From the NCBI GenBank assembly GCA_964106915.2, contig OZ066925.1: a stretch of DNA of 64,000 nucleotides; one strand, written 5' to 3'. The notes beneath the pieces were generated by a model. It ran no database searches and was not told where the DNA came from. It saw nothing but the letters and a program-made list of their open reading frames with translations. This DNA is from Podarcis gaigeae (lineage: Eukaryota). Shown here in pieces: positions 13,860-25,400 of this stretch (positions are counted from its first letter, which is position 1; each line of letters opens with the position of its first letter). The translations under genes and the position numbers were made by a program.

Positions 13860-13935
13860 TAAATAAATTTACGAGGCTAGAACCCATTAATTGGGCAATA
13901 AAAAGTTTTATGAGACTCATTTACATACAATGCCA
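13860..13935. promoter_or_regulatory. HB1-like homeodomain-binding cluster in HoxA7 intron
   Basis: TTTACGA, CATTAATTG, CAATAAAA, TTTTATGA within ~50 bp; an HB1 element is known in the Hoxa7 intron. Confidence 0.7.
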
Positions 13936-14171
13936 CGGGCTTTCTGCGCAATGGCGCCGCTTGTTCTAATTAAAAGCAGGCAGGCAGGCAGGCAGGGCAG
14001 GCGCGCGCGCGCTCCTTGCGTGGAAGTTGCCCCCGCACCCGCGTGGAAGTTGCCATTCGCCTGCTTGGCAGCGCTTTCAATCCAACGCTCCCCCCCCTCC
14101 GCCCGGCCTTCCCCGCCCGCATCTCGGTTTTGTCCCCCCCCTTCCTTCCTTCCTTCCTTCCTCCCCCATAC

Positions 14172-14550
14172 CTGAAGACCTCATCCAGGGGTATATCCGG
14201 AAATTACTCTCCGCCTGGCTGTGCAGGTTGCTGTCCTCCGCTTTGTCACAGCTGGGTTTGGTTAAGTCATTGCAAAGGACGGGAATGTTCTGATCAAAAG
14301 AGGAGCAATGCAGATTGTAGGCATCGGAGCCCAGGCTGTATCCGGAAGAGAACGGGCTTTGATATATGGTGCTGTTCACGTTGTACAAGGCAGGCATGGA
14401 GGAGGTGAACGCGCTAGCGCCTGGTCCATAGCCGCTTCTCTGCGAGTTGGTAGCAAAGGAGCAAGACGTGGGCTCCGCATTTTGGAAGAGAGAAGCAGCC
14501 CCCGTCGTATATTTGCTAAAAAGAGCGTTCACATAATACGAAGAACTCAT
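14172..14550 (-). CDS. HOXA7: Hox-A7 exon 1; spliced protein 230 aa
   Basis: MSSSYYVNALFSKY...FRIYPWMRSSG; donor G|GTATG; 379+314 nt = 231 codons. Confidence 0.97.
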
Positions 14551-14659
14551 AATTTTGACCGGTGATTTGTGGTCCGGTAGGCTTCCGTGTCGGTTTTACG
14601 AGGTAGCGTGATATATGATAACATTACACCCCCAGATTTACACCAAACCCCATTTTCTT

Positions 14660-14760
14660 TTGGACTGAGCTGCCTCCACCACGTGACCAGTCATATGACC
14701 CCATCCTCCAATCTCCTCCTGCATCACAGGTGGTATAGATCAGGGTGGCTCACAAGGTCC
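14660..14760 (-). promoter_or_regulatory. HoxA7 proximal promoter
   Basis: E-box CACGTGAC, GTCATATGAC palindrome and CCAAT directly upstream of the leader. Confidence 0.6.
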
Positions 14761-15647
14761 TATGATGGAAGGGGAAGAGGATCGAGCCGACGCCTGGCCG
14801 ATTCGAAGGCGAGGGGGAGACTTGGCCGCTCGGGCAGCTCCAACGGGGCCCGGGATCCCGGAGCGGCTCCGGATAAAGCCGAGGGAGCGCCGAGATCAGC
14901 CCCGAGCCAGAGGGAAGCTAGAATAAGAAACGTCAAGCCAGTGTTTCGAAATACACATTTTCCTCTTTGCATCTTTATCCTCTCTACCCCTTTTCTCCTC
15001 GTCTTTTCTTTTTTTAAGGGGAGGAAAACAGCATTTCTGTTCCGCTCCTCCATATACCCCACTCCTCAGTCATATTTCCTGCAGAGCTGGAAATAAACCA
15101 CAAACACAACTCTGAGTTTCCATGTATGTTTCCTGTTTGATTTTCTTGTTTCTTATCTCTCTCCGCCTTTCAGTTCTTCCATATTCCGAAAGGGGAGGGG
15201 TAGAGCTGCGGGAGGGAAAGTACATTAAAAAAAATAAAATACAAAGGCAAGGTGCCCATAAAAATACCCCCATAGTAAAAACAACCACCACCATTATGCA
15301 GGATATGTTATCTGCGTCTATCTCAAGTGTGTGTGTGTGTCTGAATGAACTCATTTGGCAAATCCTTCTGTATCCTGCTCTCATTTATTTTTCCTCAGGA
15401 AAGGAAAGAGTGAAATATTTATATGAGATGCTTCCCAATTTGCTCGCAGATTTATTAAGATATTGACAGACATATTCGGCTAATCGCTGCTGGCAAGATG
15501 AGTGAAGGGTTGCTAAATACGTGTTCTATCATCTCTCTCTCCCTCTTTTGCCAAATTCTCTTCCTCAGCAACAAAACACAAATAGAGAAAAAGCACAGCA
15601 TATCTAAGGGAGGACGGGTGGGTATCTTTCCTAAAAAGAAAGGGGAG

Positions 15648-15728
15648 GAGAAGAGGAAGAGGAAGAGGAAGAGGAAGAGGAAGAAGAAGAAGAAGAAGAA
15701 GAAGAAGAAGAAGAAGAAGAAGAAGAAA
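15648..15728. repeat. (GAAGAG)n/(AAG)n polypurine microsatellite
   Basis: Direct inspection; explains the poly-K and poly-F ORFs. Confidence 0.95.
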
Positions 15729-16204
15729 GATGAAGGCATGTGTCTACTTTTGCCTGTTCCTCTTACTCCAGGAAGGTTTATATCCAGGAGGGAGTTTTGT
15801 TTTGTTTTTGTTTTTCGGTGATAATGCAGCCGGTCTGCCTTTACTAGTGCGGATTTCTTCTATCCATTAGCATGCATATTTCAGCCACCACTACCCCCCC
15901 CCCCAAAAAAAAGATACAGTGGGAAATATAATAAAAACAAACGGACTTTCAGCACCTCTTGTTTTTTAAAAAATCGAAGAGACTTGGGATGCGGACTCAG
16001 GTTTCTTTGTTTCATCTGGCTTCTTCTTTTTCCTCCCCCGCCCCCGGGGTAAATAAATACCTACCTCTGGTTTTATGTGGTGGTGTTGGTGGTGTCGAGA
16101 GCGGTGGCGTGTGTGTGTGTGTGTGTGTGTCCCAGATCTCGGATAAGGCAGCTCCTTAATTTCTAAACACTCGGCCCCCACCAAGCAATAAGAGGACACG
16201 CCAT

Positions 16205-16370
16205 TGAGGATGTTGCGCCCTACCCTTCCTTTAAAACGGATCGTAAAACTAGTTTCCTTCCCTCAGACGGGGGAGTTTTGGTAAAGACAGCTTTTACTGC
16301 CCTGCTATATTGCACATCATAAACTGGAAGGAGGACAATGAGATTGCCCCGGAAATTCTCCCTTTAGATT
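16205..16370. promoter_or_regulatory. Candidate HoxA7 upstream (anterior-boundary) enhancer
   Basis: TCGTAAAA, CATAAA and TTTTAC Cdx/Hox-type sites ~1.7 kb upstream of the ATG, near where the mouse Hoxa7 boundary enhancer lies. Confidence 0.45.
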
Positions 16371-17297
16371 ATAGAGTTTGGTATCCTGTGTGTACAAAGA
16401 GGTTCTCACCAGTTTAAAATTATGCCTGGCCCATATTTCGCAGGGACCCTTCAGAGGGGCACATTCTGGCAACCCATGGGAGGGAAGGAGGGGGGGGGAG
16501 GGCTCATCTAAGGGGCCTGAGGAGGCCCGGGTGCAACAGGGGCTGGAGAGAGGTATTGGTGTACAGTTTTGGAAAGGAGGAACGTTATTGTCATGAACTC
16601 ATCTTCACAATCAGTGATATGGACTGGAGCCGGTCCTGGGCGCGGAGACCGCCCTTCGAGGTTTGCTTTGCTATTCCTGGGAGAGTACAGTCTGGTTGCA
16701 TCGACAGACGTCTTTGGTTTTCATTCCGCCAAGATCGGTCAAGGCACCAAGATGGCTGTCAAACCCAAAGGAAGGAAACGTGTGTGCTGGGGGGGGGGGA
16801 GAGGCGCGTGGTGCAAGATTGCGGGGCTACAATAATAATAATACCCCCTCCAAAAAAAATAACCTCGAAATTTTAAGAAAGAAAGGAAAGCCTCCTGAGA
16901 AAAATAAAAAAGACTAAGAAGTTAGAAGGGAAGGCGAAGGAAAAACCTGCCAAAGACGAGGAGCCAGATCAAAGAAGCGGAATTAGACGGCATTCTGCCA
17001 ATAAATTGCTCCTCTGGTGACAACGCAGCCAAGATGCCAGAAGAAAGCAGCAGCAAACAGAACCGACAGTCTAGACTTGGGTATTGATAAGAGCAAGACA
17101 GAATTTTATCGATGAGTCTTTAAAGGACACCGTTAAGTGCAACTAGCTTTGAGGCCGAGCTCTGGCGGCATCAAACCGCACACTGCTTTCTTAGACGTGT
17201 GTGTGTCTCAGTTCTGCTGGGATTATATAAATATATTTTAAAATCGCGTTTGCCTAAAGTCACTTCTTGGAAGTGCTACTTAAATTGAGAAGACCAT

Positions 17298-17330
<33 letters not shown>

Positions 17331-19159
17331 CGTTGTCCACGGCCTCCCCTCCAGGAAATAGGGCGTTTTATAATAAAGACTCAGGACTAACCCTCACTAA
17401 ACGGAATGAGCTCCGAATCACCTCCAGAGTATAGACTTCCAGTATAAATAGCAAAAAAAGAGGGGTGAAATGATTATTCACTTCTAAGCAATGTTTCCGG
17501 GACATATTACGGTACATGAATGCGGAAATTTAATGGTGTCCAGTTTTAGAAGATGCCTCTATTCTCCATTCCACTTAAAAAGAAAAAGAAAAGATATGTT
17601 GGAATGGATACTGCTTAATTATTTAAAGTTTTCCCTAGGTCACTCATTCCATCCAAAATGCCTTCTCCGCCCCCTTTAAAAAATTGTAACCTAGAAACTA
17701 CTGCTTTCTAGGTTTCTCTAAACAAACCTCGTTTAAAAACAACCTTCACCCACAGAATAAAATGTTAAAAATAACGAGGATGATTAAAAAAAACACACAC
17801 ACCAACTGGTCATTCTGCAGGGTGGTTTATTTTGGGATCAAGCAAAGAATTTTCTGCAATTTGGACTTGGGGTATTATTCCGCTGTTTCAGCTGCCTTCT
17901 TCCTCCTTTATTCCCTCCACTGATCACCCATTGTCCAAATTACTTACAACAAATGTATATATTCGTGTTTGCATTTTACTGTAGCCGAAGTCATTGAGGA
18001 CAAGCTACATTAAAAGTACACACGAGACAATAAGAATTAACATTAAACGCTGCCATGACCAGTCATTCGTTCATATAAACGACATTTTCTACTGGGGATT
18101 TGTGCATGTATATGTAAGTTCCATCCTAAATAAATGCACAATAAATTTCCAGTCTTTTTTAGGAATCTTCCTGGATTCCTACTAAGGAATTCCAATGAAA
18201 TACCTTTGATACTCACATTTAGTGTGTCATTTGACTGCTAAACGTTCTTTTTCTCTTTTTGGCAGGGAAAAAAGACGCAAACTTAAAGCGTTTTCCCAAT
18301 AATGTTATTTGTCTTTCTTGGCTCTTAATTTCGGTACAGTAGGCACACATTTGTGGTTTGATTGTCTTATTTATTCACAAACATCGAGTACATTCATCTA
18401 TCTTCAGTATGTGTGTTTGTGTATATGGCTCATATTCTAATCGATGGAGCCGTAGAATTCAGAAGTGAAGGAGAGGTGTGTGTATACACACACACACACA
18501 CACACACAATATATATACAATATATTCATAAACATACAAACACACATATGAAAGAGTAAATAAAATGCCACAAGAGTTCCAGGCTAGATTCGTACAGGCA
18601 TCTTAATCCTGCGGTGTATTAGAACTGTTATCATCTGCACTGCATAATTAAACCGGGTCCCACAGAGATGAAATTGCTTAAGAAAGCGAGCGGGAGCCTC
18701 TAACTGCCTCAAAGACATCTGGTGAAGAAATTCAGTGGCCGGTAAATAATTTTCAAATAAAATTTTGTTGCCGAGCCACCAACTTAGAGCCTCTGTTTTG
18801 GCCCGGTGAAAAGAACGTCGTTTCCGAAGGATTCTGGCCCAGAGCAGAATGGAACCAAAGGCAGGGATCATTGGCTGAATAAGAGATTAAGATGGAGCCA
18901 TCCATGTTCAGCGATTCAAAAGCTCGCCCATTGCATTGTGAAGACTGTTTGCTCCTAATAAATACATTTTTAAAAAAAATGATCGGAGCATTTTTTTTTA
19001 AAAAATTAAAAACTCACGTCTAACTGTGTGTTGTTGTTTTAATACACACTGAGCATGTTTCTTTAACAGCTCCGCCGCGTTTCAGTCACCAGCATCCGCA
19101 TTCCAAGCGCTTTGAGATTCCCGGCTATAAAAATTGCTTATGCGGCCTCAGTATAGCGA

Positions 19160-19240
19160 AGTGTAGTCCTATACATGTCTACTCTGAAGTAAGAAGCGTT
19201 GCTGCATTCATTGGGGCAGATTCCCAGGTAAATTGCCTAA
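19160..19240. mobile_element. MITE-like element copy
   Basis: GTAGTCCTATACATGTCTACTCTGAAGTAAG...TTCCCAGGTAAA. Confidence 0.6.
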
Positions 19241-19811
19241 GCCATGAACGGGTTAATGCAAACGATTATATTGTGTGAGAATATCTGCTTTGACTTTGTG
19301 CATTATATATCCCTTACATTATATATCCGTTATGCATTTTCATTAGTCGATTACAATATACACGGGATGTTTAACCCAAATGCATCTGTATAAGCTTAAA
19401 CTGTTTAAATATATTCTCACTGTACATGTGTTTGATACGTGCACTCAGGCGCACGACATATTATTTGCTCTTACTGCGGTCAAATTAGCAGGATTCGTGA
19501 AGCATGCTTCAAGCTGAGAGAGGAAAATAACAATCTGTACAGAACTGGCATGATAATACTAATACTAATAGTTAAAAACGGAGAAGTTTACCATTGCAGT
19601 TATTGACTTTTAAGATTATAACATATTGAAACACGAAATACTGAAGCATTAAGGTATTCCTTTTAGTAGTGGGGACATATATAATATCGCCTTTTGTTAA
19701 TATCAAATCAGGAGTTTCAAAACCGCATATGCATCTCCTAGAAAGTCGACATTTTATAATTTTTTCCATTGGCTTCATGGCGGAAATCGCCCTTGTTTTC
19801 GTGGAACAACA

Positions 19812-19825
19812 CTGCCATCTGCTGT
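19812..19825 (-). promoter_or_regulatory. Putative CTCF site between HoxA7 and HoxA9 (C7|9-like)
   Basis: Minus strand ACAGCAGATGGCAG, 13/14 match to the core consensus. Confidence 0.7.
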
Positions 19826-21216
19826 TCTGTCCCGGTAACCGCAAGCAATAAAATAGGTGCAGGAATCTGACGAACGTGTAAACATAGCTGATATCTACCC
19901 CTGCAAACGCTTCGGTAATCTACTTTGCCATGCAGTAGCAATTATAGAAAAGGTTCCAGCGGTATATTCATTAAAGATAAACGTTCACCTTACAGCCTAC
20001 ATTTCAGAGGGGAAAGGGCTAATAAAAACGAGCTATTTCCGCAGAGCCGCTTTATCTAAAACAGCCAGACAAAACAAATGAAAGGGCTTTTGTAGAAAAT
20101 CTTAATTGTGGCTGGACAGTTGTAAACTCATTAAGGGCCGAATTCCAGACAGTTTGCAGACCTGCCATTTATTACGCACTTCCAATGAGGATTCTTTGAA
20201 GTCCCCACTGTCTGCAACAACAGAGGGCGTCGCAACATCCCAAACCACTGGGACAGGCATTAATTAGAAACACCCCCCACCCTTGTTTTTGCAGACGAGA
20301 ACTGTTTCGCTTTGTCTTAATTTAATGCAATTTACCAGAGATGTCTTTATTTTTAAAAATAAAAATTAAAAAAGGCCAACAAAACTCCGAGTGATTTCCC
20401 CTGCCTCTCTGAACCTTCGAACATTTTCAAAGCCTGAGATACTGAAAGTTCTTGCCTTCAAGCCTGCAGCATTTTACACCCCATAAACGGTTACAGCCGT
20501 CATTTTCTTTTATGGCACACTATGGCTCTGAATTTTCTTAACAGCTTCTTCAGCTAAGACTTGTTAGCTGGAAGTGTGCGGGCTTGTTTGTGCCTTTAAA
20601 ATAAACTCTTCTGCAATAAGCTACAGAGGAGTCCCTGTTTGGTCTTGTGCACAACTCTGCTCTAACTGGTATTTTTTTTTTTTATGGGGGAGGATAATAA
20701 TTTCTGAGCGGAGAGCCGAGCCTGCCCGAGGCACGACTAAACTCCCAACGCGTCAGAATTCCTTTTATTGTTCATCCGTTTGGACTGCCCACCCCCCACT
20801 CCATCGCCTGCATGTATTCGTTAAAGTGTTGGTTAATCTCCATCACCAACACCCCTTTGCCAACCAACCCGATTTTCTAATCTGAACTTTATAAACAACG
20901 ACACACACAAAAAACCTTTCTAGCGTCCATTGTTGCCCGATAAGCCTCCATCTTTGGCTGCGTCAAATGTGGTGTATTTATTTCGCGAGCGAGAGTGCAC
21001 CCAAGACACAGAAAGCAGCTGGAATGGGTTTTACATTGGGAATGCTTTCTCTATGAAGAGACATGGATGAAATTTCATACGCGATGGATTATTTGCTTCT
21101 GGAAGCCAAGCTGATTCTTTAAAATGAGAGTTGAAAGAGGGGCGGGTACTAACTAGATTATTCCTGCAAAAGGTCACCGAAATTTTGTCCTGCTGCTTTG
21201 CTTTATGTTGATCAAT

Positions 21217-21218
<2 letters not shown>

Positions 21219-21290
<72 letters not shown>
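21219..21290. repeat. Compound (ATC)n(ATT)n microsatellite
   Basis: Direct inspection. Confidence 0.95.
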
Positions 21291-21291
<1 letters not shown>

Positions 21292-21644
21292 TCACAGCAT
21301 CTTAACTAATTAAAGACACCCACGCTAGTTACTATCCTTAGTTTCCAGTTCAGGGTTCTATGCGATCATTGGATAGCCTGGGTGCAACACGCCTGGCCGA
21401 GTTACTCCACTGTCTTCTTCTCCCAGATTCCACTCGCGTTTTCGTTTGGGAGAAGGATTTGCCATGTGAACCATAACTGCTTGGAAGTTCCATCAAAATG
21501 AGTGGGCCTTCCTTTTGAGTAACCGTGTTAAAGGATCAGTGTTAGCATTTTGCTTGCTCTCCAAAGGTAAAGATGGGCAGGTTTTGCCTTCTTAATAACC
21601 TTAAAAACAGCACAATATTTTTTTTTAAAAGAATCAATATATAT

Positions 21645-21650
21645 TTTATT
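21645..21650 (-). terminator. Probable HoxA9 polyadenylation signal AATAAA
   Basis: AATAAA ~1.3 kb after the stop, at the end of an AU-rich block. Confidence 0.5.
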
Positions 21651-22535
21651 TAGCAAAAAGTTAAATATCATTCTGGACACAACTATTTGGTCAGTAGGCC
21701 ATGAGGTAACTATTGCAAAATATACAGTGTAGCTTCTGCATAAACATAACGTCCAGGACTTTTTATTTTTTTATGTTAGTAATCGATACAAATCTACAAT
21801 AACCAAAAGGTAGGTTTTTTTAGAGTGTATAATTTATTATCAATAAAATTAAACTTCATTACAATAAGAATCAATTAAATTCGATTAAACTCAAAACGTA
21901 AACCATAGGTAGTTACCTTCTTTTTCACATATAGGTATAGCTCCGTTATCTGAAAATTGCTCACGGGTGCAAAAACAAGATTCAAGCTAGCCTGATTATT
22001 AAGGGTTTCTTCCTTTAATATATAGATTATGATATATACAACTGACGAAGACTGTACTATATATATATATAGATAGATCGATCGATCGATCGATCAAGTG
22101 TGCATACGAAAATGACTTGCTTCAAAAGAATTGGGGGGATCATCCACAAGTCCTTGGCTATCCCAGATCATGCCCCCCACTTTTGTGTTTAAAAGCTGGG
22201 ATAGAAAGAGAGCGAACGAATTGGTTCCCCCCGGTACAATCCAAGGTTCACTGTCTAATAATGATACAGAAAAAAGGACTCCTTACACTACCGAGCTATA
22301 CTCTATGCAACCTTTATAATAAACAACCTGAGTTCAAATTGAATCCTAGCTTACACAATCACATCTGGTACAGCACCCAAGCACAAAAAATTGAGTCACA
22401 AATATAATTACCACAATAAAACACAGTGTTCAAGTATTAGAGCAGACCTCTCTCTGCCGCGCAAAGAGCAAATAAAATTAACTACGTCGACTAACCTATA
22501 CAGTCTGTAAAGAATTGTGCATTAAAAAGGTAGTT

Positions 22536-22571
<36 letters not shown>

Positions 22572-22948
22572 TCGTGAAGGACAGGTAGATTTAGACAAGC
22601 CAACAGATGAGCCTTCCGAGTTTAATGCCCCCCTTTCCTTTCCTATGATTAGAAAATGATAAATCTGGGTACCTCCATAATAGCACCGGGGCACAGCCAT
22701 ATCTCCCTGCACGCTGGCGAGATACATTCAAGAGCTGAATTGGCCAAGGACAAAACAACAGCAACAACCCCAGAGGGGTGGGAAACCCCAAATAATCTTA
22801 ATAATAATAATAATAATAACAACAACACATGAGGCCTGGACACAGTCTCGGGGTATGCTGGGAACAGAAGAGGGGAGGATTGTGTTGCGTTGCGCTGGAA
22901 GGGGAGATTTTTGCTGTTTGAAACGTGATTAAACCTGGAAGCCGAGCA

Positions 22949-23187
22949 TCATTCATCCTTCGCTCGGTCTTTGTTGATTTTCTTCATTTTCATCCTCCGG
23001 TTCTGAAACCAGATTTTCACTTGTCTCTCGGTTAAATTCAGGAGCCGGGCCACTTCGTACCGTCGGTCCCTGGTGAGATACATGTTGAACAAAAACTCCT
23101 TCTCCAGCTCCAGCGTCTGGTGCTTGGTGTAAGGGCACCGTTTTTTCCGAGTGGATCTCGCGTGCAACCAGTTCGCGGCCGGGTTGT
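22949..23187 (-). CDS. HOXA9: Hox-A9 exon 2 (homeodomain)
   Basis: Acceptor ttgcag|AC; [79 protein letters not shown]. Confidence 0.98.
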
Positions 23188-24566
23188 CTGCAAGGAAAAC
23201 GACGCCAAAGAGGGTTAAGTTGGCGAAGGACAGAACCCCGCACCAACACCCCCCCGCACTGCTATTATGACTGCATCTCCACCCCATAGGCACACAAACA
23301 GCACCTCCTCCCACCCCCACCCCAAGCCACCACCTTCCTTTTGAAGAGCATGGATGCCCTGATATTGGTGGTTTACGACATTCCTTTCCTTTGGACAGAC
23401 TTACAGGAAGGGGTCAGACACAATGGACTCCAAACTGAGACACATGGAAAAGGTCACGTAGAATTACGTGTAGTAAAAAAAGCAAGAGAGGGGGGGGGGA
23501 CCCCACTGGCCACCGCCTCACTTCTTCATAGTGTTTATATAGGGTGTAATTTCAAAGCCTGCCTTTGCTGCTTACCCTCCTCTCAGCCAAGCCCCCTGAT
23601 TTCACTCTCTCTCCTCTCCCCCTCCGGAAAAAAATATATAGGACCGGTGCACAACCCCTGAGAATAAGTGTCATAGTGAAAATGTTTCCCTTTCCAGTTC
23701 TGACCTTCTCTTATATAACCGCTGGGCGCTTTCAAGGAGATAAGGGAACACACCCACCCGGCCCTGTCTTCAAGCTAAGCCTGGCTTGCTTTAGGTGGGA
23801 AAACACCCACTCACATATTTGCATTTGGCATTATTTGCCGTGCCTGCACTATTGATCCGCTAGCTCAGTTCTAAAGGCAAGCGAAGGTGTTAGCAACAAG
23901 CAAAGGAGTGGAATAAATAGTCGCCAAACAGAGGGCTAAAATGAAGTTAGGGAAAAGACACACACACAAGAACAGTTGTTGTTCTTGGCTTTCCTAGCTC
24001 AGCTAGTCGTCACAAAGGGATCAGATTCACATCCAATGTTTTGTTTTTCCTCGCCTCTCCCAAGTAACTTGGGTTGTGCGCGACCACCACCCTCTCACGC
24101 CGCCCCCCCCTTACACCGTCCGGCTCTCTCCTCCCATCCCCCCAATGTGGCTTTGTAGCTGAAGCGTGCGCCCAGGAAAACACGCTGGTGACGCGCCCCT
24201 GCACACTGTTGCGACAGGGAGGTCATGCTGGACTTTGCTGGCACCTTGACGCTGAGAAACACACACAGACCTAGCTGGCTGCATAGACCGTGAGCCTACA
24301 AAGACCGTGGCACCAATATGTACATACAGGCGTATATGCATGTGCAACCATATTCCCGTTTTACGCACACAATTCTACACACACAGAGATAGAGAGAAGC
24401 TCAGTGGTGCAGCTGGACGTTCTTCTATGACCACAGCAGCCCCCACCCAGTCACCCACCCAGCAGCCATTGCCGCATAGCTCACGGTAGACGGTGGCTCT
24501 CGACACCCAGCCCTCTACCCACCCGCCCACCCTCCTCCCGCCCAAGCCCAGGCGGATGGCACTTAC

Positions 24567-25113
24567 TTGGGTCGATCTGGGGCTTGTCTCCGTTCGCCTC
24601 GCTCTCGCCATTGTTTTCCGAGAACGCGCCGTCGTTGCCTTGCTTATCCCTATCAGCTGGAGGAGAACCACAAGCATAGTCAGTCAGAGAGAGCGCGTGC
24701 GTGTCAAAGGTGGTACAGTCACCCCTCCTGGCCGTGAGCGGTTCAGGTTTAATGCCGTAATGCCTGCTGGCCGGCAAGCCCGGGAAAGACAAGGAGCCCG
24801 GCATGGGCTCCAGCCACGAGCGCATGTACCTGCCGTCGGGCGCTGCCATTGGTGCCTGGTGATGCACGTACGGGTGGTACACGGTGGGCACATTGTTAGC
24901 GCTCGGCGGGTGCACGGCGTTCCAGGAAGTGCTGAAGACGGAGGTTTTCGACTGAAAGCTGCACGGGGTGAACTCGGGGTGGTCTCCAAGGGTCGCCTGC
25001 CTGGCCGGCTGACCTAGAGAAGCCGAGCCATAGCGGGACTGCACCAGCTCCTCGCTGTCGTGGATGAGGAAAGAGTCCACGTAGTAGTTGCTGAGCGTCC
25101 CCGAAGAAGACAT
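24567..25113 (-). CDS. HOXA9: Hox-A9 exon 1; spliced protein 261 aa (alternative in-frame ATG at 25119)
   Basis: MSSSGTLSNYYVDSFL...DGRYMRSWLEP...DKPQIDP; donor A|GTAAGT; 547+239 nt = 262 codons. Confidence 0.96.
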
Positions 25114-25209
25114 AGCCATCCAAGCCAAGCCCCAGCCCCAGCCCCAGTGCAAAAAAAGGAGAGGCAAGACCTGGCGAAATTATGAAACTGCAGATTTCAT
25201 GTAACAACT

Positions 25210-25400
25210 TGGTCCTCACGAAGAAGTACAGTCACCTAATAAGTTGAAGGCTGCCTGTCAGCCCATTGGCTGCCTCGCGTCACATGGCCGGGCAGCAGAA
25301 CAATAAAGTATAAATCAGTCCGCAGGCTATTAATGGGTCAGTGTTTTCCCGTCATCATTTTTATAGCAAAGCCATATGTTTTTATGCAAAAGGATAGACG
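25210..25400 (-). promoter_or_regulatory. HoxA9 proximal promoter (region described in mouse as IRES-like, later argued to be a promoter)
   Basis: Minus-strand CCAAT (25265-25269), E-box variant GTCACATG, clustered TTTAT sites. Confidence 0.65.

Noticed and set aside
15455-15821. Poly-K and poly-F ORFs
   Set aside because: Translations of the (AAG)n microsatellite
14760-21600. HoxA8 gene or pseudogene between A7 and A9
   Set aside because: No homeobox or YPWM remnant found; absence of HoxA8 is the normal gnathostome state
21702-21708. let-7 7mer-A1 site (TGAGGTA) in the HoxA9 3'UTR
   Set aside because: A single 7-mer can occur by chance; needs conservation data
24493-25017. Antisense ORFs over Hox exons (also 35615-36098, 49857-50458, 14016-14565)
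   Set aside because: Expected shadows of GC-rich coding exons; no independent protein signal
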